From positions 76,260,001 through 76,324,000 of the forward strand of contig NC_042997.1 of the NCBI RefSeq assembly GCF_006345805.1: a stretch of 64,000 nucleotides of DNA. Direction: 5' to 3'. Of the stretch, positions 49,215-60,789 are shown piece after piece. Position 1 is the stretch's first letter; each line of letters opens with the position of its first letter. Both the position numbers and the translations under genes were made by a program. This DNA comes from Octopus sinensis (Eukaryota). The notes under the pieces are model-generated. The model searched no databases, had not been told where the DNA came from, and saw only the letters and a program-made list of their open reading frames with translations.

Positions 49215-51370
49215 GTTAAATTAAAAAGATAATCGAATTTCTTACAATAATCAAATACAGGTCAAAATACAGGTTTTCAAGGTTGCCATATGCTGTCAAC
49301 AAGCTGCTGTAGCACACCCCCAATTCTGGTTTTGGATACACCAACATAGTAGCATTGGATAAAGCATTTTTCAGGGCAGTGAAAGAGGTAATCTTCATTC
49401 AGGGCAATTTCCATGTTTTTGCAAGTTCGCTGATGTAGCAAATCTGTGAGCGTTTGCACTATCTCAGCGTGGTGAGGTAAAAATATGTGATAGAAATTCA
49501 CTAAACCGAGAAACTCCCTTAATTTGCAGAGAAATGTGGGTGGTGGAAAATCCACGATGGCCTTGACTTTTTCGTGAAGGGGGCAAATGCCATCTTTATC
49601 GACGATGTGCCAGAGAAAATTAAGGGCAGCAATTCCGAACGAGTTGATAATAACACTGTATTTGTGCAGGCGTTTGAATAGCAGGTGCTGGTCATGTTCT
49701 TCGTCTGAGCTACTGGTCATGAGTATGTTGTCTATATAAGCATAGACGAAAGGCAAACCTCTAGTAACCATGTTGATAAACCTTTGGAATGTCTGTGTTG
49801 TGTTGCGTAAACCAAAAAGCATACACAGGAATTCAAACATTCCAAAGGGTGTAGTAACTGCTGTCTTCGGGATGTCTGCAGGTTCCACAAGGATTTGGTT
49901 GTATGCTTGCAGAAGGTTGATCTTGGAAAAGATGCGAGCTAGAAAAATCTTGAAGATAGGGGACAGGATACGCATCACTTACAGTACGGTTGTTCAACAA
50001 ACTTGCCAATCAGTCGATGATTTTTTGGGGAATGCAGTGTATTGGCGAGGACCAGTTGCTGCTGGACGGGCGGATGATTCCAAGGTCGAGCATATGCTGG
50101 AATTCCCGCTTGACGGCTTTGAGATGATCAGATGGTAACCTTCTGGGTCTTGCAGCAACAGGTGGACTGCTGGTTTTGATGTGGTGAATAACTTTGTGTT
50201 TGATTGGCTGGCTATGGAACACTGGTCAAGTGATGTCTGGATATTCTTTCAGTATAGCACTGTGGTGAGTTGTCGTCATTAGCAAAATAGTTGGGCTGAT
50301 TGTGGCCATACGAGCGACTATACTGTGCACAGTGAGCTGGGTGGTGCTGTTGACAAGTCTCCTATGTTTAATGTCTACCAGGAGACCAAAATGATGCAGG
50401 AAATCGGCTCCTAAGATAGGGGTCAGTAGTTTAGCTATTACAAATGCCCACTGGAAGGTGCGGCATAGTCCTAAGTTCAGCATTAGGGACTGTTCACCAT
50501 AGGTTGGAATGGGTGAGTGGTTAACTGCCTGAAGACAGACTGGTGTTTCTTTTCTTTTTCCCGAAGTGTTGGAAACAGAGATGATGCTGACTTACGTGCC
50601 GGTGTCAACCAGGAAACGTGTGCCTGTTACACAATCGCAAACAGAAAACAGTGACTTTGTGGGTGCGAGCCAGGAACTTCCGTTGCTGTGTTCAATTCCT
50701 GGCTGCGTCATTTCCCAAACTGGATGGTGAAAACAAGTAGGGGATCGTGCATTTCTGCGCCTGTGTTCTGAACTTTCAGTGGTACCAACACATTTCATGT
50801 GAATTGCGGGTAGCACTCAGGCTTCGGGACTGTCTACCAAAATGACGTGATCAGCTGTTGTTTCAACGCTGTGTACCAAGCAATAGAGCTTGTATCTACT
50901 CTGTCAGAGCCTGTATCTGTGATGCCCACTGAGTGACCAATGCACACAAGTTGGAAATTTCCAAAGCGCTGGACAACGAAAGGAGAGGATTGGTGGAAGG
51001 AATTGCTGCCTGGAATGCCATGTCGACTGTGGATGTGGTTGCTGCTGGGTTCTGCTCTGGGGAAGCCATTATGTGCCGATCAATTGCAGGAATTTTCAGT
51101 TGTTTCATTGCTGGGTGATGTGCAAGCTGTGATTCTTCAACAGGATCACGAAGTGTAGTATCGAAATGGAAAGTTCAAAAGCAGTACAAAAATTGTTTTC
51201 ATTTTCCGAATCAAGTTGGTGAAGCTGGTTGAAGGGAAGGCTGCGATTCTTTGATGGGGTCACCAAATGTAGTGGTTAAGTGTGTATCAGTATGTGTTAC
51301 GGTGAACAGATGTGATAGGAATGTGGATGCCTTTGAAGTAAACATATTATATCGATTCATGGTTAAAATA
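49215..51370 (-). mobile_element. Decayed Gypsy LTR retrotransposon (LTR end, PBS, gag, protease, RT)
   Basis: LTR end ...ACTACA at 51268 followed by PBS TGGTGACCCC (51256-51265); FLVDTG; ILGADFL; KTAVTTPFGMFEF; AYIDNIL. Confidence 0.85.
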
Positions 51371-51399
51371 ATTTATTCACTGGACTCAATTTGTCGTAG

Positions 51400-52180
51400 G
51401 TATACATAAATTTTCACTACATGCAAATGTTGACAACTGCTATGAGTTGCTAGAAATAGAATTAGGGCACCTCTGTGGAGGTGATATGTCAGAATTGAAT
51501 ATGTTTGTGTAATGATGGTGCCAAGGTATTTGAAACTCTCAACCTCTTCAAGAATATCACCATTGAGGACAATGGGTGTTTTGTCTGGTGGGGCAAAGCT
51601 GGATGTGAGGATTTTGGTCTTCAAGGCATTGACTTTCATACCAACTCCCTTAATGCATTTGTTGTGATCCAGTCGATGGCGTAATTGAAAAGAGTTGGCA
51701 AAAGAACACATCCTTGCCAAACGCCAGACCGAATTTCGAAGGGTTCCGACTCTTCACCATACACGCATACGCGGGATCTTGTTGAGCGGTAATAAGCTTT
51801 GATAAGATTGAGTTTAGGTGGGATACCATCTGCCTGCATGACCTTCTAGAGGGTGTCACAATCGACGGAGTCGAATGCAGCAGCAAAATCAACAAAGCAG
51901 AATTCATCTACGAAGCAATTGCCCCAGCCCCCCTTCAGGGTTGGTGAAAGCGATGTGGTGGACAACGAAAAACCTGGCTGATGACAGTCAAGGCTGATCT
52001 GGAACCCAACTTAGGCCCCCATATCTACGGCGTTCGCTGCTGGAATAAGGAGTGGTTGGAGATCACGTGGTCATTAGCCTCAAATAGCCAGGCCTGGTTG
52101 GCGTTTGTGAGAGATGCAGCATTGAGGATGAATGAAGCCAGCTCAACCCACCCCGGGTGAATGCTGTAAGAAGAAGATGT
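51400..52180. mobile_element. RTE fragments in opposite orientations
   Basis: Minus-strand DFAAAFDSV...QGCVLLP...FKYLG (51430-51930); plus-strand RTE-type C-terminus ending CCCGGGTGAATG (51960-52180). Confidence 0.6.
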
Positions 52181-52389
52181 TTGTGTGTGTGTGTGTGTGT
52201 AGTTCATCTGACACAGTAGTCTACCGTGAAACTTCATTCGAACATTTCTTTCGGTCTCGTAGGCCTTTCTGTCTGTCTCTCTGTTGACCTTAGTATTTTA
52301 TAACAACTGTGGCAGCTAGAAGGACAGACATACTGCAGCAGAGATTGTGCCTAAATAGGTCAGCTCCTGTCCATTTGAACTTCGCCTGA

Positions 52390-53600
52390 CATGGCTGAGG
52401 TCATAGGTCAAAGGGAGATGATTTATCATTTTTTGACAGGACAAAGAAAACCTTTTTTCATGCCTGTTGATTGTGGTGGTTTGGTTGATCCAGAATCCTT
52501 AGATTCGGTTTCGAATCTAAGATTGGAGAAGGAAGTGTTAATTTTTAACAACTTGCTAAAAGCAAATATTCATTCCTCTCAAATAGCTCAAAGAGACTGC
52601 AGGAATGTGAAGAATTTCAGGCATTTACTCAAACAAATCCTCAAGGTGGCTATCTTTAGAACAAGTTGTCAAAAGAATACTAGAACAGTAGCCTGCTCTA
52701 GTGTTATTCTTTATTATTGACGATAACAACAGTGCAGCTTCAAATGTGCTAAACTTGACAAATCCAACCACGGAGATGTATTATGCATTTTTAGCATATA
52801 TTTTGCTAGATATTAGTAAGTTGAACTTAGATTTCCAATCAGAAAACTATAGAATGCACTAACTGCACAAAAGTACTGTTAAGGGAATATTTAGAAATTT
52901 TGTAAAAAAAGAAATAAAGAGCTACATGAAATGAACATCAATGATCCATCAGTGTATGTTCCCATAACTGAAATTTACAGATGAGAAAAAAGTTGAGAGC
53001 ATCATCTATTAGTACAGCTGAATTGAAACAATTTCATGTGCAAACATCAAATTTTTATGTGCGCCTTGGGAAGGAATTTTTTCAGTGCTTCTTTACACAT
53101 GATTTCTTCCGTAACCTGAAGCTTCTAGAGGCACTAGACCCAGTTAGTATTCGTGATTGCAATGGTCCAAGTTCAATTGTTCTCCTGAAATGCAAATTTC
53201 CAAATATTGTTAAGGAGAGTCAGATTGAAGCTCTTAATAAAGAATGGAGAGAACTTAAACTTCAAGATAACAATGACATAACCGAAGCTACCAAACCAGA
53301 TTATTGGTATAAAATTTCTAAGGAAAAATATGGAGCTCCATATTTTTCCTTAGAATTTTATACCAATAATCTGGTTTGGTAGCTTCGGTTATGACATTGT
53401 TATCTTGAAGTTTAAGTTCTCTCCATTCTTATCTGGTCCTATCATGTTTTATGTTTCAACTCCTATCATTACCACATTCTTCAGCTGCAACCGAGAGTCA
53501 GTCCTAAATAACATTAATGTCAAGAATAGGTCTAAACTGCATACTCAAACAATCAATGCACTGCTACATTCAAAAGTCTTCTTCATGATGTAAACTGCAC
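52390..53600 (+). mobile_element. Decayed hAT-like transposase C-terminal region
   Basis: LEALDP...EWREL...YWYKI...LSLPHSSAATER...NRSKL, typical of the hAT dimerisation region. Confidence 0.6.
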
Positions 53601-53639
53601 AACTTATACACCTGATGCAGAGCTTTGTGCTAAATTAAA

Positions 53640-53830
53640 AGAAGGATAAGGATATTGGTACAGCCTGAAATTGGAAAGATCACACTGCAGGCTCAACATT
53701 AGAAGCTGCTTTTTCGTACAGCGTGTGACCGCCACCTGGAACAGTCTGCCAAACAGTGTGGTCGCAGCTCCATTAGTCAATGCCTTCAAGAACAGGATTG
53801 ACGCACACTGGAGGGAGCTTCCTGCAAAAT
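53640..53830 (+). mobile_element. CR1-type LINE 3' fragment
   Basis: RLNIRSCFFVQRVTATWNSLPNSVV...FKNRID. Confidence 0.7.
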
Positions 53831-54539
53831 TTGACCCTGTCTGTTACTATTTGCTACAACTGTCAAAGTGTTGTACCAAATTAATTGTACTAGTGGAAAA
53901 GAACCCGTGAACAAGCTCCTAGGAGCTTCAACACGGAAATCATCCAGTATTCAGTAAAAAGGAACCTCGCTGTGTTGACAATGCAACCTTCTAATCGTAA
54001 AGTAAGTACACTAAATATGTGTAGGTCACTTAGAAATAAAGCCCTGTATGTTATAAATAATATATATTATGCATTTCAGTTGATTTATAGGCAAAATATT
54101 ACAATTTTAGGATCTTTTCGGTTTGGACGGCAGTTTTTTCTAGTGGTGTCATATGAAATTGTCACCCATAATTATGACCCTAGTATCGATCTATTGCATT
54201 TCAATCTGTTTTAGGGTTAGGGTTAGGGGTGGGGAGAAGGGTATCTTTTTTTCTTCACAAATGTAAATAAATGTTGTTTACCTCAATGGACGTCATCGAT
54301 TGGTTGAAATTGCAGAAATTGAAGACAAAAAACAACAAATATCTTACAAACTATAGAATTTTCTCACTAAAGTCAAGAGAAAAAGATGTTTTATAAACAC
54401 ATTCTACCAGTATACGAAGTTTAAAATTTTTTAGTTACCTAGAAATTATGTTAAAAACTGCCGTTCAAACCGAAAAGATCCCAATTTTAAATTTTGGTAC
54501 TTTTAGTTTGCTAAATCTGGTACTTCCATCAAAAAGCCT

Positions 54540-54635
54540 GAGTGTCAGGTGATGCTGGTGAGGGCGCTTGGCTTTCCCAACGCCTTAGCCTCGCCATCAC
54601 CCGCGGTAATGCTGCGAGCGTGCTGACTTGCTCCT
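54540..54635 (+). mobile_element. Tiny 3' fragment of a restriction-like-endonuclease LINE (CRE/NeSL-type)
   Basis: WLSQRLSLAITRGNAASVL resembles the QRLSxAIQRGNA terminal motif. Confidence 0.45.
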
Positions 54636-57600
54636 TTAAACCTTGTGGTGTGCGACCAGTTGCTGTGACAAAAAAAAAAAAAATCCTCCACAAACGGTTT
54701 CAATGCAGTTTTAACAGGAAGATTTGGAAGAATTAGACGAAAGTTCTCCGATAATTTTCTTTCATGTAAATAAATGTTTATGTTAATTTAAAAATTTGCC
54801 AGCAAAATCTTATAAAATGACAATGTTCTAAAGGATGTACATGTTTATGTTATAAATGAAAGAAATTTAGAAGTATAATCACAGCAAATAAAGCAAAAGG
54901 AGAGTAAAAAAATCTCACAATTTTTTTAAAAATTTGTGGTAAACAGAACAAACACGTGTCTTTTTGAATCTAAATAACGTTAGGTTAAAATCACGCGAGA
55001 ACGCTTTTCATCATGGCAGACGTGGCATCAGAAGTTTAATGTAAATTAAAAACAATTCAATCCTTTTGTCTCTTCCTTTGCTTCGACAAAAGAAAAACTT
55101 TAGAAATGACATTATTTAATGACTATGTTCCGTTTAAATGTCTCCTGTTGTTTCTTGTACTATATATACTATCAACACATGGAATGACAACAACAGAACG
55201 GAGAGAGTTGAGGTAGGCCTAAACTTTTGATATTTACTTACTGTTGAATTAAGATGAAAGGTGTTGAAAATTGGCACTTGATAATATATAATTTTATAAC
55301 ATCGTGAAAGGTATTTCCATGCCAAGTGAATCAGTAAACATGTTACTGAAGGGAATATATTAAAATGTTAAATTTATTGTTAAATCCAAATTTAAACGTA
55401 TATATGCTTTGAACGGATAAATATAGAAATAATAACGAGTAACTATTTTGATAATTATAAATATAGAAATCAACTTGCACAAGACACGTTCTACTGGCAA
55501 ATTGCGATTATTTTATCAGTTTTTATTTTGCTTTCAACTTTTTACAAAATGTATGCGAAAATTTTACACATATTAAAATTAAAATAAATTACTTCTAAAT
55601 ACAGTATGGAAAGTAAAAAATCGGGTGGCATTTAAATTATTGGACCCACCTTCCCCTTATCTAAGGGAGTTAATTTACTATAACACATTAATAATCGAAA
55701 AGCAGATACAACTATGAATTTCAAATTAAAAGATTAAAGGAATTTTATACAAGCCTTCCTTAGAAAAATATTCCGCCTAAATGATTATACAGAACATGCA
55801 CATCATCATTCATAAATCATTTAATATGTTTTACAGATTTACTTAGGTTTTTCCTTCGCAGAATTCAAGCTGGTCACTAGCAAAATTTACAAAGCTCTTT
55901 TGTTTGAATCAAGACTATTCCTTGTTTTTGTGACTGAGCATACGCATGTTTGTAGGAATGTGTGCCTGTAAACTTGCCTTGCGAATGTCAATTTAGTATA
56001 CGAGTATGTGTGTGCATGCCAAATGCACATGCGATTCTCAGTCCCCATCTTGTTTACAACAGTCCTCCAAGCCGTAACTGAAGAATTTAAAACTTTGCTC
56101 CATAGTAGAATTAGAGAAAAAAAATTATGTGTGGAAGCAAGGACTGGAATAAAAAGGGGCAAGAAAACAAACAAATTACTAATCCTTTCAGGGAAAATAG
56201 CCCTGTTCCATATATAGAAAAAATATAGAAATTCCATTCGCTGTTACTCATGCAAGCTATGGACATAAAAAGTACAGTCGAAGCACAAAAGGTTAACAGA
56301 GAAAGATTCCTTTGTGTGTGGCACGTATGCAGGAACAGTAAGCTCTAAGAACACTTAGAAAATAGATTTCCTCAAATACCCAGGGGTATTACCTAGGCAA
56401 CCAAATTAGCAGTGAAGGAGTTTACTCTGAAAGCACAGTTACCAGAATTTGAACCAGCTGGGCAAAGTTCAGTGAGCTATTACCTTTATTGGTAGCAAAG
56501 GGTCTCTCCTTCATAGTGAATGGCAGATTGTATGATGCCTGTGTATGAACAGCTATGCTACATTTGAGTGAAGCATAAGCTGTGAATGCAGAGTACATGA
56601 AATGAAGTCAGCATGCTCCACTGGATGTTCACATGTCAGTGTGCATGTACGACAGTATGTTTTGAGAGGAAAAATGGATATAAGAGGCATCAAATATAGT
56701 GTGCAGGAGAGACTGCTGGTATGGCCATATGATGCACGTGGAGGGGATTTATAGAAGAAATAAACTGAGGAAGATGTGGGATAGAGTGATGAAAAATGAT
56801 CTTCAGATGTTGTGTTTTAGAAGAGATGACAAAGGACTGAAACAGTTTGCTGTACTTGATAAGATATTGTTCATCTCAGTAAAAATGAGGCTCTAAAGGC
56901 ATGTCCTTTATATCCATGTCCCCTGCACACAATCTATCTGTGAAAAACCTCCTCCTCTCCCCAGTTGTCTTCACCACTTACTGTGTTACCCTCCTTCTTT
57001 TGCCCACTCTCCCTTGTGAACCTACTTGCATGCAATATATCTTCGTTGAATCTCTTTCCCCACAGCATATCCTTCTAACACATCATCCCTCTACCTGTGC
57101 CCACTCACATTCCCCCTCTATCTCCCATTCTTTTGCAATGTCATGAATTTACCCACCCACTCATCCTCTCCAATCATTGGTCCACTTCACTATATACACC
57201 TCCCTGTAATTTAATGTACATCCCATTGCATCTTCACTATCTTATCAGTTTTCTCTCCAACTGAGTTAGACTTGTATCTCTTCTATTCATACACTAACTT
57301 CTCATCATCTGGCACAAAGCCATCTCCCTCAATACTACACCCACCTCTGTTGAGGGGTCTTGTCTTGCAAGCTACTTAGTGACATCACTGCTGCTGGTGC
57401 CATATGAAAAGCACCCCCCCCCCAGCATTCTCTGCAAAGCGGTTAGCATTATGAAAGGTATCCAGCCACAGAAACCATGCCAAAGCAGACAGTAGAGCTT
57501 AGCACTGTCTGTTGACTTGTCAGTTTCTGTTAAATTGTCCATCCCATATCAGCATGGAAGGAGGATATTAAATAATGATGATGATCAATTTGTTTATCAT

Positions 57601-58089
57601 ACGTAAAATTTATATATTATTCAAAGCTGGTTAAACTGTGGTATTTGTCTTGTGGTAACATCTCTTGTAGATGTTAAAAAAAAGACATAGAAATATGTCA
57701 ATAACATGAAAATTGTCCACCACCAATTGTTGCATTGCTAAATACATATTTGTTCCTTTTGGGGCTTAGTCAGTAGTAAGTATTCACTAGCAATCACATG
57801 CTAAGACAAATCATCCATTACTGATATAGAGACACAGTGAATGAAATATCACTCCTGTCACAATTAGTTGACAGGCTGAATAAAAATATATCAAGTGTAC
57901 CTGTTCATCTCCACTACTATCTCCATATCAGCTTGATGTGGACTCCTCAAATAGCTATTCTTGACAGTGTAGGTCTTGCATTGGACAAAGAGTTTGGAGT
58001 TTAAGTTTAAATTCTTTGAGCATTACTATGTATTTTCTTTATCGAGCATACCCATCTCTCTCTCCCATTGTATATATATGTATTGCTGA

Positions 58090-59285
58090 GAAATGAGTGG
58101 ATAAGGTCATAGAGGTAGTCAGAGTGTGCAATAGAGAGCTTAATCTCAGGCTAGTCTTGCAGAATAGTATAGCAACAATTTTCTCTACCTGTACCCCACA
58201 AACAGGTCTACCAAATGAACAGAAGGACCACTTTTATGACATTCTTTTGCAGGCTACCTCAAAGACAAGTGACAATGATCTTATCTTTGTGGCTGGGGAT
58301 TTCAGTGAGCATGTTGGACAGCAGACTGGCATCTTCCATGGTGTTTATGGGGGCCATGGAATTGATCCCTAGAACGAAAAGGGGACGAAGCTACTGGAGT
58401 TCTGTGTGATGCAAATAACCTATTGATCTACAACACCAACTTCAAGAAGCCAACCAGCAACCTGATAACTAACCAATCAGGTAACTGTGCTAGCCAGGTA
58501 ATTACATTCTCATCAGACAGCAGGTTGCTTGGTTGCTCATAAGTACAAAGACCCTCCCTGGTGAAGAATGTACCTCCCAGCATAGACTAGTCATTAGTGA
58601 TTTAGACTCCAGGCTAGAAGGATGCCAAGAAGCAGACCAATCTAGAAAAGAAGAATTTGGAAGTTTAAAGCCCCTTCATATGGTTAGAGATTTAGGGACA
58701 TCCCAATTGAGAAATTGGATGAGAGGGAAGAGGAGCTACAGACTTGTGACATAGAGGGCAACTGGGAATTCCTGCGGAGCAACATACTCCCATCCAGACC
58801 TAGGGTAACATGGTGGTGGAACGATGTGGTAGACAATGCCATTAGAATAAAGAAACAGGCCTGGAAGAGTGGGGGTAGCAGGAAACTGTATCAGATAGCC
58901 AGAAGGGAAGCTAGGAGATAGGTATATCTAGTCAAGGGAGAAATTAGGACCAAGCAACTGAAGTGTTTCAGATTGCAAGACTGTGTGACAGAAAATTGTT
59001 ATATCACAGGAGAGAAATGTGTTCACATGGATGACGGTGCACTTGCATTTAATGATTTTGCAAAGAAAGAGGCTTGGAAATACCATTATGAAAAACTGCT
59101 GAATGTGGAGAATAAATGGAAGGAGGAAAGTCTGCCAAATGTTGACCCAATTGAGGGACCAGCTACCTAAATCGTCAGTTCCTTGGTAGATAAAGCAATT
59201 CAGGATATGAAGACAGGCCCATCAGGAATCACCGCTAAGATGCTTAAAATATCTGGTGGTGTGGGTTTTGGTATAGTCACCTGTA
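58090..59285 (+). mobile_element. Decayed RTE fragment related to the 22605 family
   Basis: AGDFSEHVG, WWWNDVVD, KKEAWKYHYEKLLNVEN, LPNVDPIEGP. Confidence 0.8.
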
Positions 59286-59304
59286 TTGTATATATGATAT
59301 ATAT

Positions 59305-59340
<36 letters not shown>

Positions 59341-59341
<1 letters not shown>

Positions 59342-59926
59342 TAATTGTTATTGCCATATTAATATGGCAGTCTTACAGATATAAGACTAAAAACTGTCGC
59401 TGATTTGCTCCATGAGGCCATCGCCTTAAGATAGCTATTTGACACACAAACTGTGTCCATTATAACCTTCGAACAAGGGAGGTCAGCCGCTTCACACTGC
59501 CAGTCAGACAGCTACAGACACGTTTCAAGGTATTTGCCCTTTGTCAATGTAGTGTAGTCAACCCAGCAGGTGTCGCCACTGATCGTCTCTGTTCGAAGGT
59601 TTTATTTACCTAGTTTCGGTGGAATACATCCACTTGTTTTCAATAATAGAAATATTAAAATTACTAAGTCTCTCTAAAAGAGATTACGGCAGCGTTACTG
59701 GAAATTAATTGTTATCGCCATATTAATATGGCAGTCTTATAAGGTTATAATGGACACAGTTTGTGTGTCAAATAGCTCTTAAGGCGATGGCCTCATGGAG
59801 CTAATCAGCGACAGCTTTTAGTCTTATATCTATAACACTGCCATATTAATATGCATAACAATTAATTTCCATAACGCTGCCGTAATCTCTTTTAGAGAGA
59901 CTTAGTAATTTTAATATTTCTATTAT
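59341..59926. mobile_element. Non-coding element with nested direct and inverted repeats and a decayed hammerhead, inside (TA)n
   Basis: Block order A-B-C-D-A-rcB-rcA-rcD; hammerhead-like core on the minus strand at 59512-59552. Confidence 0.65.
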
Positions 59927-59974
59927 ATATATATATATATCTATATATACTTGTTTGTGTATCTATATTCTTTT

Positions 59975-60200
59975 ATTCTTTGACTTGTTTCAGTCATTTG
60001 TCTGCGGCCATGCTGGAGCACTGCCTTAAAGGGTTTTTAGTCAAAGAAATTGACCCCAGGACTTATTCTTTGTAAGCCTAGTACTTATTCTATCGGTCTC
60101 TTTTGCCAAACTGTTATGTTGCAGGGGCATAAACACACCAACATCAGTTGCCGAGCTATAGTAGTGTTGGTGGGGCAAACACAGGCATAAAGACACACAT
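59975..60200 (-). mobile_element. SINE-like repeat
   Basis: Minus strand ...AAGAGACCGATAGAATAAGTACT...CCTGGGGTC...CCAGCATGGCCGCAG...(AAAAGAAT)n; recalled as a common octopus repeat, not verified. Confidence 0.5.
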
Positions 60201-60269
60201 ACATAAATATATACATATAGGGTTGACCTAAAGTCACCTGACATAAATACTTAATATTCAGTTTTATAG

Positions 60270-60595
60270 GAATGAAGCTAGTATGCTCCGCTGGATATGT
60301 AATGTGAGTGTACATACAGGACAGAGTGTAAGCTCCCTGAGAGAAAAGTTGGACATATGAAGCATCAGATGTGGTGTGCAAGAGAGATGACTGCACTGGT
60401 ATGGTCATGTGTTGCATATAGATGAGGACAGCTGTGTGTAAAAGTGTCACACCCTAGCAGTAGAGGGAATCTGTGGAAGAGGTAGACCCAAGAAGGCCTA
60501 GGATGAAGTGGTGAAGCATGACCTTTGAACATTGGGCCTCACAGAGGCAATGACAAGTGACCGAGACCTTTAGAGATATGCTGTGCTTGAGAAGA
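60270..60595 (+). mobile_element. RTE ORF C-terminal fragment (22605 family), cut by the gap
   Basis: Homologous to the reverse complement of 23430-23760. Confidence 0.8.
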
Positions 60596-60695
60596 NNNNN
60601 NNNNNNNNNNNNNNNNNNNNNNNNNNNNNNNNNNNNNNNNNNNNNNNNNNNNNNNNNNNNNNNNNNNNNNNNNNNNNNNNNNNNNNNNNNNNNNN
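60596..60695. other. Assembly gap (100 N)
   Basis: Run of N; followed by (TATATG)n to 60780. Confidence 1.
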
Positions 60696-60789
60696 TATAT
60701 ATATGTATATATATGTATATATGTATATATATATGTATATATATGTATATATATGTATATATATATGTATATATGTATATAATCCTTAA

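Noticed and set aside
54211-54228. (TTAGGG)3 as a telomere or fusion relic
   Set aside because: Only three units, embedded in ordinary repeat DNA.
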